Below, one piece after another: positions 26,789-37,852 of a stretch of DNA of 45,873 nt. The translations under genes and the position numbers were made by a program. The stretch is taken from contig NZ_DATGCW010000115.1 in assembly GCF_035311605.1 (NCBI RefSeq), positions 1 to 45,873 on the forward strand. The letters run 5' to 3'. Source of the stretch: Saliniramus sp. (GTDB lineage Bacteria; Pseudomonadota; Alphaproteobacteria; Rhizobiales; Beijerinckiaceae). Below the pieces are notes generated by a model. That model was not told where the DNA came from. It was given only the letters and a program-made list of their open reading frames with translations, and did not search any database. Position 1 is the stretch's first letter. Every line of letters begins with the position of its first letter.

Positions 26789-28066
26789 TCAGCGCGCAGG
26801 GGTAGCAGCGGCCGCACTCGCGACCCCGATGGCGATCGCGGTGAGGCGCGCCTGCTCCGCCTCGTCGGTTCTGCATCCACCTGCGAGCCAGGCTTCCCGC
26901 GCATAGGCGAGCGCAACACCGATCATGCGTCCGCGCGCCATCCCCTGCGCCACCAGATCGCGCCCGGCGAGCGGCATTTCCGGTACCGGCTCGGCACCGG
27001 ATCGAAACGCCACGAGGGCCGTGCGGGCCGGATCGTCGAGGACCGGGCGCGGCTCGCCGTCCAGAGCATAGGCCGCGTCGCTGACGGCTTCGACGCCGAA
27101 TTCCGCAACGAGGCGCCGGATCTGCATCGCATCCGGCGCTGGCATGCGCCCCCGCAGGGCCGGAAAGGCGCGGGCATAGGCGGCGAGGCGGGCGGCCTCG
27201 GCATTCGACAGCCGCAGCCGTTCCACCAGCCGCGCCGCATCAGCACCACTCGCGACATCGAAGGCGGCCAGACGCAGGACCGGGTCGGGCGGCGCATGCG
27301 CGATCACGCGCGCCAGCCGCCCCGGATCGCCGATCCCGCCGGTCAGACGATCAAGCAGACCCGCATGCGTGATCAGCGCGGCGGTTTCACGGGCACGCGG
27401 CGCTGCGAGCAGGCGCAGGAACTCGCTGCGGATACGCTCGCGCGACAGCCGCTCCAGCCCCGCACGCTCATGGATCGCGGCATGCAGCCCCTCCGCATCG
27501 ACCGGCCCCGTAGCGTATTCCGCGAAGAAGCGAAAGAAGCGCAGGATCCGCAGATAATCCTCCCGGATGCGCCCGCGCGCGGATCCGATGAAGCGCACCC
27601 GGCGCGCGGCAATATCGTCGAGACCGCCGGCATAATCGCGGATTTCACCATCCGCACAGACCGAGAGCGCGTTGATGGTAAAGTCGCGCCGCAGCGCATC
27701 GGCGGCAAAATCGCGTCCGAATCGCACCACCGCGTGGCGACCATCCGTCTCCACATCCTCGCGCAGCGTCGTTACCTCGAATGGTTCGCCACCCACGATC
27801 ACGGTGAGCGTCCCATGCGCGATTCCCGTCGGCACCACCTTGAACCCCGCCGCCTCCGCCCGGGCCTGCGTGACCTGCGGCAGGGCCGTCGTGGCGAGAT
27901 CGACATCCTTGACCGGACGCCCGAAAAGCGCATCGCGCACCGCACCGCCGACAACGCGCGTCTCCTCGCCATCACCATCGAGCACGGCCAGGAGCCGGCG
28001 CAGGCGCGGCTCGGCCAGGATGGCGTCGAGATGGCGGCGATCGAGGCCGGGCAGCAGATTGGGCAT
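26789..28066 (-). CDS. cca: CCA tRNA nucleotidyltransferase
   Basis: VGGAVRD..DVDLAT, EVTTLR, RRDFTINAL and EDYLRILRFFRF motifs. Confidence 0.92.
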   Translation of the reverse strand: MPNLLPGLDRRHLDAILAEPRLRRLLAVLDGDGEETRVVGGAVRDALFGRPVKDVDLATTALPQVTQARAEAAGFKVVPTGIAHGTLTVIVGGEPFEVTTLREDVETDGRHAVVRFGRDFAADALRRDFTINALSVCADGEIRDYAGGLDDIAARRVRFIGSARGRIREDYLRILRFFRFFAEYATGPVDAEGLHAAIHERAGLERLSRERIRSEFLRLLAAPRARETAALITHAGLLDRLTGGIGDPGRLARVIAHAPPDPVLRLAAFDVASGADAARLVERLRLSNAEAARLAAYARAFPALRGRMPAPDAMQIRRLVAEFGVEAVSDAAYALDGEPRPVLDDPARTALVAFRSGAEPVPEMPLAGRDLVAQGMARGRMIGVALAYAREAWLAGGCRTDEAEQARLTAIAIGVASAAAATPAR

Positions 28067-28075
28067 GTTTGACGC

Positions 28076-28333
28076 TCAGTCGAAACGGCCGGGCGCAACC
28101 TGGCCGTCCTGCAGGCTCGGCGGCGTGTACGTACCCATGCTGCGCTCGGCCGTGAAGCCGGTATAGAGCAGCGACGCAACGACCAGCCCCCCGCCGACCA
28201 GGACAAGGATCGGAATGGATTTTTCCCAGGCCGAGAAGGTCAGCGGGTTACGCTGACGCAGCAGCAGATAGATGAAGAAGATCGCGAACGGAATCAGAAA
28301 GAACGCGAATTCCGTCAAGAGAGCGCGTGTCAT
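28076..28333 (-). CDS. Small membrane protein (DUF6111-like)
   Basis: Two TMs and Y.PP...DG...PG.F C-terminus; located between Nudix and cca. Confidence 0.75.
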   Translation of the reverse strand: MTRALLTEFAFFLIPFAIFFIYLLLRQRNPLTFSAWEKSIPILVLVGGGLVVASLLYTGFTAERSMGTYTPPSLQDGQVAPGRFD

Positions 28334-28962
28334 GGATGATAGAGCCTCTCGTAGAGATGCCGCAGCATGCCGGCGGTCACGCCCCAGATATAATGCCTGT
28401 CATAGGGCATGGCATAATATTGACGCAAACGCCCGTTCCAAAGCCGAACCTGCACCTCGTGGTTTTCGGGATTCATCAGAAAAGCGACCGGCACCTCGAA
28501 AATCTCCGCAACCTCGAACGGATTGAGCGACAGCCGGAACCCCTCCTCCACCAGCGCCACCACCGGCGTCACCAGATAGCCGCTTGTGGAGCGGTACGCA
28601 TCACCATAGCCGATCAGTTCGACATGCCCTGCGGCGAGACCGATTTCCTCCTGCGCCTCGCGCAAGGCCGTGGATAGCGGGCCGGAATCGCCGTCATCGA
28701 CCTTGCCGCCGGGAAAGGATATCTGCCCGGAATGCGCCCGCAGCGCCGAGCCGCGATGGGTGAGCATGATGCTCAGGCCGCAGGTGCGCATGATCACCGG
28801 AACGAGCACCGCTGCCGGTTTATAGCGCCGTCCCGCCTCCGGTTCGAGCCAGTCGGGATTGAGATCGTGATCACCGCGCGGCGCATCGAAACCCGGCGGT
28901 GCCCGATGCAGACGCCCGGCAGCCCGCGTTACGAAATCCTCGGCATCGTGCGCACATGGCAT
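28330..28962 (-). CDS. CoA pyrophosphatase (Nudix)
   Basis: AAVLVP, HSGQISFPGG, ALREAQEEIG and IWGVTAG motifs. Confidence 0.92.
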   Translation of the reverse strand: MPCAHDAEDFVTRAAGRLHRAPPGFDAPRGDHDLNPDWLEPEAGRRYKPAAVLVPVIMRTCGLSIMLTHRGSALRAHSGQISFPGGKVDDGDSGPLSTALREAQEEIGLAAGHVELIGYGDAYRSTSGYLVTPVVALVEEGFRLSLNPFEVAEIFEVPVAFLMNPENHEVQVRLWNGRLRQYYAMPYDRHYIWGVTAGMLRHLYERLYHP

Positions 28963-29576
28963 CAGGCAATCCCGGGAGCATGTCCGCCATCGCGCGCGAT
29001 CACGTGGAACACGCCGCCGGCATCGAGGCCGTAGACGGTCTCGCCATCCACGAGCCGCTCCTCGCCCATCTCGATGAGATCGAACATCAGCGCCCGCGTC
29101 ACAAGCGCCCAGAGATCGCCGCGCACGCGCAGATAGGGTTTCACCCCGCCATCGGGCTGCGTCTCGAAGCGCAGGGGATTATCCGGGCTGACCTGCACCA
29201 CATCGTCGACATTGGTGCGAAACGACAGGGTCCGCGACGCCCCCTCCCCCGCAACCGCCATCTCGACGGCGAGAAACGGCGCGTCCTCCACTTCGATTCC
29301 GACCTGCTCCACCGGCGTGACCAGCACGTAGCGCTCGGGATCCTTGCGCAGGATCGAGGCGAAGAGCTGCACCAGCTTCTGACGCCCGATCGGCGTGCCA
29401 CGATAGAACCAGGTGCCATCGGCGGCGATACGCATATCGATCTCGCCGCAATATTCCGGATTCCAGCACTCGACCGGCGGCTTGCCCTTCGGGTCCCCGG
29501 CAGCGGCGAGAAGCCGCGCGAAGGCATCGCCGGCAGCACCCGGATCGTCTGGTTCGCTGGTCCTGATCTTCGTCAT
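28962..29576 (-). CDS. DUF1285 family protein
   Basis: PPVE.WNP.YCGEIDMRI..DGTW.Y.GTPI.R, LVTPVE and VEDAPF motifs. Confidence 0.88.
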   Translation of the reverse strand: MTKIRTSEPDDPGAAGDAFARLLAAAGDPKGKPPVECWNPEYCGEIDMRIAADGTWFYRGTPIGRQKLVQLFASILRKDPERYVLVTPVEQVGIEVEDAPFLAVEMAVAGEGASRTLSFRTNVDDVVQVSPDNPLRFETQPDGGVKPYLRVRGDLWALVTRALMFDLIEMGEERLVDGETVYGLDAGGVFHVIARDGGHAPGIA

Positions 29577-29693
29577 GACGCGATGATGCCCTCTGGCCCG
29601 GGCCGGGGGCAAGCCCCGGCTGCTCCGCCTTCAGATGGGTCTCATCGCCCGGATTGCCAACCCGCCTTCACGAACCCGCTCGACGGATGCGCC

Positions 29694-30995
29694 TCACGGA
29701 CGGGTCTGGCCCGTGCCGCATACGCGGTATTTGAACGAGGTGAGCTGCTCGACGCCGACCGGGCCGCGCGCATGCATGCGCCCGGTGGCGATGCCGATCT
29801 CGGCGCCGAAGCCGAACTCCCCGCCATCGGCGAATTGCGTCGAGGCATTATGCATCACGATGGCGGAATCGACCTCCTCCAGGAAGCGCTGCGCGGCGGC
29901 TTCGTCCTGCGTGATGATCGACTCGGTATGGGCGGAGGAATGGTGCGCGATGTGATCGAGCGCCCCGTCGAGGCCGGCAACCACGCGGACGGCGATGATC
30001 GCGTCGAGATATTCGGTATCCCAATCCGAATCCGTGGCGGGGGTGACGCGCGAATCGACGGTGCAGGTCGGCTCATCACCGCGCACGGCGCAGCCGGCAT
30101 CGAGCAGCATGGTGACGAGCGGGGCAAGATGTGTGGGCGCGCAGGCTTCATCGACCAGCAAAGTCTCGGCGGCGCCGCAGATGCCGGTCCGGCGCAGCTT
30201 GGCGTTCTTCACGATGGCGCGCGCCATGGCGAGATCGGCATCGCCATGCACGAAGACGTGGCAGATCCCCTCCAGATGCGCGAAGACCGGCACGCGCGCT
30301 TCCTCCTGCACACGCGCCACGAGGCTCTTGCCGCCGCGCGGGACGATCACGTCGATGCAGCCCTGAAGGCCGGTGAGCATGGCGCCCACCGCCGCGCGAT
30401 CGCGGGTGGGCACGATCTGGATCGCATCCTCCGGCAGGCCCGCCTCGGCGAGTCCGGCGCGCATGGCCTGCGCCATCGCCATGGCCGTGCCGAGCGAATC
30501 GGAGCCCGCGCGCAGGATCGCGGCATTGCCCGCCTTCAGGCACAGGGCCCCGGCATCCGCCGTCACATTGGGGCGGCTCTCAAAAATCACGCCGATCACC
30601 CCGAGTGGCGTGGCGACACGCTCGATTTTCAGACCGTTGGGACGCTCGAACGCGGCCAGCACCCGCCCTACCGGATCGGGCAGGGCCGCGATCGCCTCGA
30701 CTGCATCGGCGATCGTCCCGATCCGCCCCGCGTCGAGGGTGAGTCGATCGAGATAGGCGGCGTTCTGCCCGGCCTCGCGGGCGAGTGCGACATCCTCGGC
30801 ATTGCGCGCGAGGATCTCCGGCGCGGCCTTGCGCAGGTTCTCCGCCATGGCTGCGAGCGCAGCGTTCTTGCCGGCTTCCGGTGCGAGTGCGAGGCGGCGC
30901 GCAGCCGCCCGGGCACGGGTGCCGATCGCCTGCATCAGGTCGCCGACGTCGCCGTCCCCGCGCGCCTCGCCGCGTGTTTCACTCATTGCATCCAT
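29694..30995 (-). CDS. proA: Gamma-glutamyl phosphate reductase
   Basis: [45 protein letters not shown] and HARGPVG motifs. Confidence 0.96.
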   Translation of the reverse strand: MDAMSETRGEARGDGDVGDLMQAIGTRARAAARRLALAPEAGKNAALAAMAENLRKAAPEILARNAEDVALAREAGQNAAYLDRLTLDAGRIGTIADAVEAIAALPDPVGRVLAAFERPNGLKIERVATPLGVIGVIFESRPNVTADAGALCLKAGNAAILRAGSDSLGTAMAMAQAMRAGLAEAGLPEDAIQIVPTRDRAAVGAMLTGLQGCIDVIVPRGGKSLVARVQEEARVPVFAHLEGICHVFVHGDADLAMARAIVKNAKLRRTGICGAAETLLVDEACAPTHLAPLVTMLLDAGCAVRGDEPTCTVDSRVTPATDSDWDTEYLDAIIAVRVVAGLDGALDHIAHHSSAHTESIITQDEAAAQRFLEEVDSAIVMHNASTQFADGGEFGFGAEIGIATGRMHARGPVGVEQLTSFKYRVCGTGQTRP

Positions 30996-31090
30996 GATCG
31001 CAACTCTCGATCCGTATGGTCCGTGCCGCTATCTATACGAAAGCCGTGGCCGGGCGAAAGCGAAATCGCCCGGCTGCCGCGTGGTGGATA

Positions 31091-34000
31091 TCAGCTCTTC
31101 ACCAGGTCGCCGAGCAGGCTCGCCGCCACCGTCAGCTTCGACAGGCTCAGCCCCGAGGCGACGATACCATCGACGGAAGAGCGGATGCGCACCACCTCAC
31201 CGCCACGATTCTGCCCCCACAGCGTCACCGCTTGCGACCCCGTCACGTCACGGATATCGCCCGCGATCTCGGCGGTGAGCCGGCGATGCGCGAGGGCGAC
31301 GCCGCTGATGGCGCGGTCGAGGGCGAGGCCGTCATAGTAATCCGAGATCGTCACCTCGCGCCCCTGCGCCACCAGCGCACTGAGCTTGAAGGTATCATCG
31401 ACCGCGAAATAGGTGCTCGCGATCTCGGGGATCGGGCGCCCGGTCTCTTCGGCGATCTGCACGATATCCGGTCCCGCGAAGAGGATCGGCAGGGCGGTCA
31501 GACGCTGGGCGAGATCGGGATCGACATCCTTGCCGGCAAGCGCGCGGGCATTGTCGCGCCACAGTTTCAGCGAGGCTTCCGGCAAGGTCGTCTCGAGCGA
31601 ATCACGCAGCGTCGCGATGCCCTCGCGGAAACGCGTGATGACCTTCTCCAGCGGCTCGTCGCCGAAATCAACATGGCGGATGAACCAGGCGATCCGGTTG
31701 AGCGTCAGATCCTGTACCTGCGCGTAGAGCGAGAGCTGCAACTCACCCGCGATACGGTTGTCGCAGGAATCAAGCGCCTGGTTGAGGCCGATCGTGTCGA
31801 AGGTCTCGCGCACCGTGGCATAGGCCGCCGCGATGGTGGCGCCGTCCGCGCCGGTCTCGTCGACGAGGCGGGCGATCACCGTCGCGCCGCCGCGATTGAC
31901 GATGGCGTTGGACAACTGGGTGGCGATGATCTCGCGCCGTAGCCGGTGATTCTCGATGGCATCGCCGAAGCGGTTCTGCATCACTTTGGGGAAGTAGCGC
32001 TGCAATTCCCGCCCCAGATAGGGGTCGTCCGGCACCGGACTGTCGAGCAGACGATCGTAGAGCGAGAGCTTGGCATAGGCCAGAAGCACCGCGAGTTCGG
32101 GCCTGGTCAGCCCCTCACCGCGCAAGGCGCGCTCGGTGAGCGCGCCCTCGTCGGGCAGATATTCCACCGCACGGTCGAGCCTTCCCTCATGCTCCATCAT
32201 CTGCATCAGCCGGCGCTGGAAGCCGATCTCGCGTGAGCCGCGCCGTTGCGAGAGCGAGAGCGACAGGCTCTGCAGATAGTTGTTGCGCAGGACCAGCTGG
32301 CCAACCTCGTCGGTCATCTCTGCGAGGAACTTGTTGCGGCTGTCCTGCGAGAGCTGGCCGCTTCGCTGGGCCTCCGTCAGCGCGATCTTGATGTTGACCT
32401 CGACGTCGGACGTATTCACCCCGGCGGAATTGTCGATCGCATCGGTATTGACGCGCACGCCCTTGTGCGCCGCCTCGATGCGTCCGAGCTGGGTTGCGCC
32501 GAGATTGGCTCCCTCGCCGATCACCCGGGCACGCAACTGACTGCCGGTGACGCGGATCGAATCATTGGCGCGATCACCGACTTCGTCGTCGCTCTCGCTT
32601 TCGGCACGGATATAGGTGCCGATACCGCCGAACCAGAGCAGATCCACCCGCATGGCAAGAATGGCGCGCATCACCTCCTGCGGGGTGGCGCGTTCCTTGT
32701 CGAGATCGAGGAGCTTGCGGATTTCCGGCGTCAGACTGATCGACTTGGCCTGCCGCGAGAACACGCCGCCGCCTTTCGAGATCAGCTTCTCGTCGTAATC
32801 GCGCCAGGTCGAGCGCTGCATGTCGAACAGCCGCTTGCGCTCTTCCGAGGAGCGGGCCGGGTCGGGATCGGGATCGATGAAGATGTCGCGGTGATCGAAG
32901 GCCGCGACGAGCTTGAGCGCGCGCGAGAGCAGCATGCCGTTGCCGAAGACGTCGCCCGACATGTCGCCGACCCCCGACACGGTGACGGGCTCGTTCTGGA
33001 TGTCGATGTCGATTTCGCGGAAATGGCGCTTCACCGCCTCCCAGGCACCCCGCGCGGTGATGCCCATCTTTTTATGATCATAGCCGTTCGAGCCACCCGA
33101 GGCGAAGGCGTCGCCGAGCCAATGGTTCTTGTCGAGCGAGATTTCATTGGCCGTATCGGAGAAGGTGGCGGTGCCCTTGTCTGCGGCGACGACGAGATAG
33201 GGGTCGTCGCCGTCATGGCGCAACGTATCCGCCGGCGGGACGGTTTCGCTGTCGATGATGTTGTCGGTGAGCTGCAACAGGGTGCGGATGAAGATACGGT
33301 AGCTTTCCGTGCCCTCCTCCAGCCAGGCCTGACGGTCGGAGGGCGACGGCAATTGCTTGGGCACGAAGCCGCCCTTCGCGCCGACGGGCACGATCACCGC
33401 ATTCTTGACCTGCTGCGCCTTGACGAGACCGAGCACCTCGGTGCGGAAATCCTGCGGGCGATCCGACCAGCGCAAGCCGCCACGCGCGACCTTGCCGTAG
33501 CGCAGATGCACGCCCTCGACGCGGGGGCTGTAGACGAAGATCTCGAAGAGCGGGCGCGGCAGGGGCAGGCCCTCGACGCGCGCGCAATCGAACTTGAAGG
33601 AGATGGTTGAGCGCGGATGGCCGTCCTCGCCGATCTGGAAATAGTTGGTGCGCAAGCCCGCATCGATAAGATTGACGAAACGGCGCAGGATGCGGTCATC
33701 GTCGAGGCTCGCCACATCGGCGAGCGCCGTCTCGATCTTCTCGCGCGTTTTCGCCTGCGCCTCGTCGGGCGTACGCTTCCTGGCGGCGTGGGGATCGAAT
33801 CGGGCATAGAAGTGATCGACGATCATCTCCGCGATTGCACCGTTGCGGGCCAGCGTATTGGCGATGTAATCCTGCGCATAGGCGATGCGCGCCTGGCGCA
33901 GATAACGCGCCAGCGCCCGGATCATGGCGACGTCGCGCCAGCCGAGCCCGGCCTCGAGCACGAGCTTGTTGAACCCGTCCGATTCGGCCAGCCCCCGGAA

Positions 34001-35923
34001 CAAGGCCAGCAAGGCGGCCTCGATCGGGCGCTCGATCGTGGCGATGTCGAGATCGCCGCCGGAGGCGCGTTCCAGGGTCATGTCGTGCAGCCACACGCCC
34101 TGTTCCTCGCGCAGACCCGCAGGCGTGACGCGGTAGGTCCGCTCATTGACCACCCGGAAACCGAGATTTTCCAGCAGCGGCACGCGCTCGGAGAGCGGGA
34201 TGCTGGCCCCGCGGGAGAAGACCTTGAGATTAATGCGCGTGAGCGGATCACCTTCGCGCCGGTACAGATCCACCGCGCGTGGACGCTCATCCGAGAGACG
34301 CTCGAGCGAGCCGATATCGCGAATCGCGTCACGGGCATCGAAGGCCTCGCGATAGGCGGCGTTGAACGCATCCGCATAAGAGTTGGCGAGCTGGCGCGCG
34401 CGGGCGCCGCCGAGTTCGTCCATCAACTCTTCGCGCAAGGCGTCGCCCCAGGTGCGCACGATGGCGCTGACGCCCTTTTCGAGGACATCGCGATCAATCA
34501 CAGGGGTTTCACCCTCGTCGCGCCCGATGATCACGTGCGTGCGCGCAAGCATGCCCTCGGGATAGGCGGGATAGGCTGCTGACGGGCGTCCCTCGAAGAC
34601 ACCCGCGAGAAATTTTGTAACCCGGCGTCGGACATTGGTATCGTAGCGATCCTTGGGAATGAAAACGAGCACGGAGACGAAGCGGTTGAACGTGTCGGCA
34701 CGCGCCAGGACACGCACGCGCGGGCGATCCGACAGGCTCATGATCTCCAGTGCGAATTCGTAGAGCGTATCCTCCTCGACCTGGAAGAGCTCGTCGCGCG
34801 GATAGCTTTCGAGCACGTTGAGCAGCGCGCGTCCGGCATGGCTTTTCGGATCGAACTCGGCCCGCTCCAGAATCTTCTGCACCTTCAGGCGCAGGAAAGG
34901 CACCGTGGCGGTAGAGCCGGTATAGGCATTGGCCGTAAACAGCCCGATGATGCGCAATTCGCCTTCGAGCGTGCCGTCCGGGGCAAACAGCTTCACGCCG
35001 ATGTAGTCGAGATGCACACGCCGGTGGACCCGCGATTTCACATTCGCCTTGGTGATGATCAACGCCCGCGGCTTCTGCAGGAATTCGCGGATCTCCGGCG
35101 TCATGATCACGAGTTCGGCGCCGCGCCGAAGCACCTTCACGGACGGGTCGCGCAGGATGCCCAGCCCCGAACCCTCGACCACGTCCGCCGCCGCATCACC
35201 GTCGGGGAAGCGATATTCGCGCACGCCCAGGATGGTGAAGTTGTCGTTGACGATCCAGTCAAGAAAAGCCAGTCCCTCTTCGGTTTCGTCCTGGGGCAGC
35301 GGTGGCGGGTTGTCGCGGTAATCGCCGATCACGTCGATCAGCCGCGCGCGCATCTTCGACCAATCCGCGACGGATACGGCCACATCGGCATAGACGCGCT
35401 GCAGGCCGGCGATCAGGCGCTCGCGGGCCTCCGGCTTGTCGACCCGGTCGATATGGATGTGGATGAGGCTCTCGCGCTGGATCGAGGGGCGCGGCGTCAG
35501 CGTCGCCTCGCCTTCGAAGCCGACAAGCTCGCCCTCGTCGTCGCGCTTCACGGCAAGGATCGGATGGGCGACGAGATGTGGCTCGTAACCCTGGTCGGTG
35601 AGTTCGGAGAGCGTCGAGTCGAGCAGGAAGGGCATGTCGTCATTGACGACCTGCACCACGGTATATTCCCGGCGATGCTCCTCGGTGACCATCTCGAAAT
35701 CCAGCAGGCGGATATCCCAATGGCCGGGCCGGCGTGGCGCCATCAGATGCTCATGCGCCGAGGTCGCGAGCGAGGCCAGGGCATCGGGCGTATATTGCGC
35801 CAGATCCTCCACCGGTGCGCGCCCGAACAGGCAGGAGACCATGCCGGGCGGCGTGAGCCGGCGGCTCTTGTCCGCGAGGGCCTGGGATGCTGCCGAGAGG
35901 GGATTGGCCGCGTCGCGCGTCAT
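31091..35923 (-). CDS. gdhB: Large NAD-specific glutamate dehydrogenase (GdhB/GdhZ type)
   Basis: 1610 aa; ARGGLRWSDR, VKNAVIVPVGAKGGF, YLVVAADKGTATFSD and GDMSGDVFGNG motifs. Confidence 0.95.
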   Translation of the reverse strand: MTRDAANPLSAASQALADKSRRLTPPGMVSCLFGRAPVEDLAQYTPDALASLATSAHEHLMAPRRPGHWDIRLLDFEMVTEEHRREYTVVQVVNDDMPFLLDSTLSELTDQGYEPHLVAHPILAVKRDDEGELVGFEGEATLTPRPSIQRESLIHIHIDRVDKPEARERLIAGLQRVYADVAVSVADWSKMRARLIDVIGDYRDNPPPLPQDETEEGLAFLDWIVNDNFTILGVREYRFPDGDAAADVVEGSGLGILRDPSVKVLRRGAELVIMTPEIREFLQKPRALIITKANVKSRVHRRVHLDYIGVKLFAPDGTLEGELRIIGLFTANAYTGSTATVPFLRLKVQKILERAEFDPKSHAGRALLNVLESYPRDELFQVEEDTLYEFALEIMSLSDRPRVRVLARADTFNRFVSVLVFIPKDRYDTNVRRRVTKFLAGVFEGRPSAAYPAYPEGMLARTHVIIGRDEGETPVIDRDVLEKGVSAIVRTWGDALREELMDELGGARARQLANSYADAFNAAYREAFDARDAIRDIGSLERLSDERPRAVDLYRREGDPLTRINLKVFSRGASIPLSERVPLLENLGFRVVNERTYRVTPAGLREEQGVWLHDMTLERASGGDLDIATIERPIEAALLALFRGLAESDGFNKLVLEAGLGWRDVAMIRALARYLRQARIAYAQDYIANTLARNGAIAEMIVDHFYARFDPHAARKRTPDEAQAKTREKIETALADVASLDDDRILRRFVNLIDAGLRTNYFQIGEDGHPRSTISFKFDCARVEGLPLPRPLFEIFVYSPRVEGVHLRYGKVARGGLRWSDRPQDFRTEVLGLVKAQQVKNAVIVPVGAKGGFVPKQLPSPSDRQAWLEEGTESYRIFIRTLLQLTDNIIDSETVPPADTLRHDGDDPYLVVAADKGTATFSDTANEISLDKNHWLGDAFASGGSNGYDHKKMGITARGAWEAVKRHFREIDIDIQNEPVTVSGVGDMSGDVFGNGMLLSRALKLVAAFDHRDIFIDPDPDPARSSEERKRLFDMQRSTWRDYDEKLISKGGGVFSRQAKSISLTPEIRKLLDLDKERATPQEVMRAILAMRVDLLWFGGIGTYIRAESESDDEVGDRANDSIRVTGSQLRARVIGEGANLGATQLGRIEAAHKGVRVNTDAIDNSAGVNTSDVEVNIKIALTEAQRSGQLSQDSRNKFLAEMTDEVGQLVLRNNYLQSLSLSLSQRRGSREIGFQRRLMQMMEHEGRLDRAVEYLPDEGALTERALRGEGLTRPELAVLLAYAKLSLYDRLLDSPVPDDPYLGRELQRYFPKVMQNRFGDAIENHRLRREIIATQLSNAIVNRGGATVIARLVDETGADGATIAAAYATVRETFDTIGLNQALDSCDNRIAGELQLSLYAQVQDLTLNRIAWFIRHVDFGDEPLEKVITRFREGIATLRDSLETTLPEASLKLWRDNARALAGKDVDPDLAQRLTALPILFAGPDIVQIAEETGRPIPEIASTYFAVDDTFKLSALVAQGREVTISDYYDGLALDRAISGVALAHRRLTAEIAGDIRDVTGSQAVTLWGQNRGGEVVRIRSSVDGIVASGLSLSKLTVAASLLGDLVKS

Positions 35924-36038
35924 GATCTTGCGATCCTTCTTGCCTTTGTTACGCCGGCGCGTGAGGGTGATGCGCCGTGGAACTCCGCTCGAACCGGAGT
36001 TCAGCCATTCCTACAACAAAAATTGCGGAGGAAGGACC

Positions 36039-36686
36039 ATGGATTCGAAAAATGCAGGTCAAAACCCGGAAAAATCCGACGCAGCGCACAAAAAATCCGG
36101 CGAAATGCCCCCGCCGCAGGATCGCGACGACAGCGTCATGGCGCTCGATCTCCCGCCTGCCACGCTCGGACCGGAGATGCAGGGATATTTCGACAAATGC
36201 AACGAGAAGCTCGGATTCGTGCCCAATGTGCTACGGGCCTATGCCCATGACGACACCAAGCTTTCGCTCTTTGCGGGCTTCTACAACGATCTGATGCTGG
36301 CGCCGTCGGGGCTCTCCAAGCTCGAGCGCGAGATGATCGCCGTGGTCGTGTCGGGTCGCAATCACTGCTATTATTGCGTCACGGCTCACGGGGCCGCCGT
36401 GCGCCAATATTCCGGCGATTCGATCCTCGGCGAGTTGATGGCGGTGAATTACCGCGCCGCGAAACTCTCGCAGCGCCACCGCGCCATGCTGGACTTCGCC
36501 GACAAGCTGACCCGAGAGCCTTGGGCCATCGACGAACCCGATCGCGAATCACTGCGCTCAGCCGGGTTCAGCGAGCGCGACATCTGGGATATCGGCGCTG
36601 TTGCCGGATTCTTCAACATGTCGAACCGGATGGCATCCGCCGTCGATATGCGCCCCAATCCGGAATATCACGGCCAGTTCCGCTAA
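36039..36686 (+). CDS. Peroxidase-related enzyme, AhpD/CMD-like
   Basis: LGFVPNV and EREMIAVVVS..NHCYYCVTAH (CxxC) motifs; GAGGAAGG SD. Confidence 0.88.
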   Translation: MDSKNAGQNPEKSDAAHKKSGEMPPPQDRDDSVMALDLPPATLGPEMQGYFDKCNEKLGFVPNVLRAYAHDDTKLSLFAGFYNDLMLAPSGLSKLEREMIAVVVSGRNHCYYCVTAHGAAVRQYSGDSILGELMAVNYRAAKLSQRHRAMLDFADKLTREPWAIDEPDRESLRSAGFSERDIWDIGAVAGFFNMSNRMASAVDMRPNPEYHGQFR

Positions 36687-36710
36687 GCCGGCCCGCCCCC
36701 GCGCTGCGCC

Positions 36711-37787
36711 TCAGACGATCCGCCCCCGCGCGGCCACTGGTATCTCACCTACCACCTCGTCGCCGCGCACGGCGATGAGGCGGTCGACCATGTTGACCAC
36801 GACGCAGACATGGTTGGGAATCACCCGCACGACATCGCCGATTGCCGGCTTGCGCGGGCTCGCCGACAGATCGAGAAAGCCGTGCTCCTCGGCAAAGCGG
36901 GCGATCCTCGCCTGGGGGAATTCGCGGATCAGGCCATGCCCTTCGAGCCCGCCGATATCGGAGGTCAGCGTCTTCGAACCGGCATCGAGAATGCCGCGCT
37001 CGGGTCCCGCACGGCTGACCACCGTCGTATAGACATGCAGGGCGCAATCGGCGAGCTCGGCCGCACCGCAGGCGAGCATCATCCGGTCGTTGAAGATATA
37101 GGTGCCCGCACGGTGCTCCGTGGTGCCGCGAATGCGCCCGAGATTGCTCAGATTCGGCGTGCCACCGGTCGAGATGATCGAGGCCTCGAGGCCGAGCGCG
37201 CGGATACCTGCGAGCGCTTCGTCGAGGAAGGCCTGCGTCTGCGCCACCGCGTCTTCCGGATTATAGAGCATGAACCCCGCAAAGCGCAGCTGCGGGCTGG
37301 CCTTGATCCGCTCCGCCAGCGCGATCGCATCGGCCACGCTCTCGACGCCGGCGCGCTTGCGCCCGGTATCGCATTCGATGATCACTTCCAGCGGCGTGCG
37401 GGCGCGTTTGGCCGCCTCGGCATAGGCATCAACGGCCACCGGATTGTCGGCGGCGACGATGATGCGCGCGCGCGGGATCAGCGCCGCGAGCCGGGCGATC
37501 TTCTCCTCGCCGATCAGGTTATAGCTGATCAGGATGTCGTCGAAGCCGGCATCGGCCATGATCTCGGCTTCGCCCAGTTTTTGACAGGTGATCCCCGCCG
37601 CGCCGGCTTCGCGCTGCATGGCGGCGAGCTCGGGGCTCTTGTGGGTCTTGATATGCGGGCGATTGGCGAGCCCGCGCGCCTCGCAGGCCGCCTGCAGCCG
37701 CGCAATATTGTGCGTGACGATGTCGAGATCGATGACAACGGCGGGCGTGCCGTAATCGCGCGCGATGATGTCCTTGAGTGCGGCCAT
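36711..37787 (-). CDS. D-threonine aldolase / DSD1-family PLP enzyme (fold type III)
   Basis: TPAVVID, RPHIKTHK, GGTP, RAGTYIFND, EEHG and PNHVC motifs. Confidence 0.88.
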   Translation of the reverse strand: MAALKDIIARDYGTPAVVIDLDIVTHNIARLQAACEARGLANRPHIKTHKSPELAAMQREAGAAGITCQKLGEAEIMADAGFDDILISYNLIGEEKIARLAALIPRARIIVAADNPVAVDAYAEAAKRARTPLEVIIECDTGRKRAGVESVADAIALAERIKASPQLRFAGFMLYNPEDAVAQTQAFLDEALAGIRALGLEASIISTGGTPNLSNLGRIRGTTEHRAGTYIFNDRMMLACGAAELADCALHVYTTVVSRAGPERGILDAGSKTLTSDIGGLEGHGLIREFPQARIARFAEEHGFLDLSASPRKPAIGDVVRVIPNHVCVVVNMVDRLIAVRGDEVVGEIPVAARGRIV

Positions 37788-37852
37788 ACTGGTTCCCCCG
37801 GTAGCACCTGCATTGGCGTGCAGGATAACCGGTGAGGGGCTGGCATCAACGC

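Noticed and set aside
28899-31337. 812-aa plus-strand ORF, and similar long ORFs such as 15904-17532, 26420-28072, 32246-33610 and 42239-44011
   Set aside because: They lie antisense to well-supported genes and show no motifs; such shadow ORFs are expected in high-GC coding DNA.
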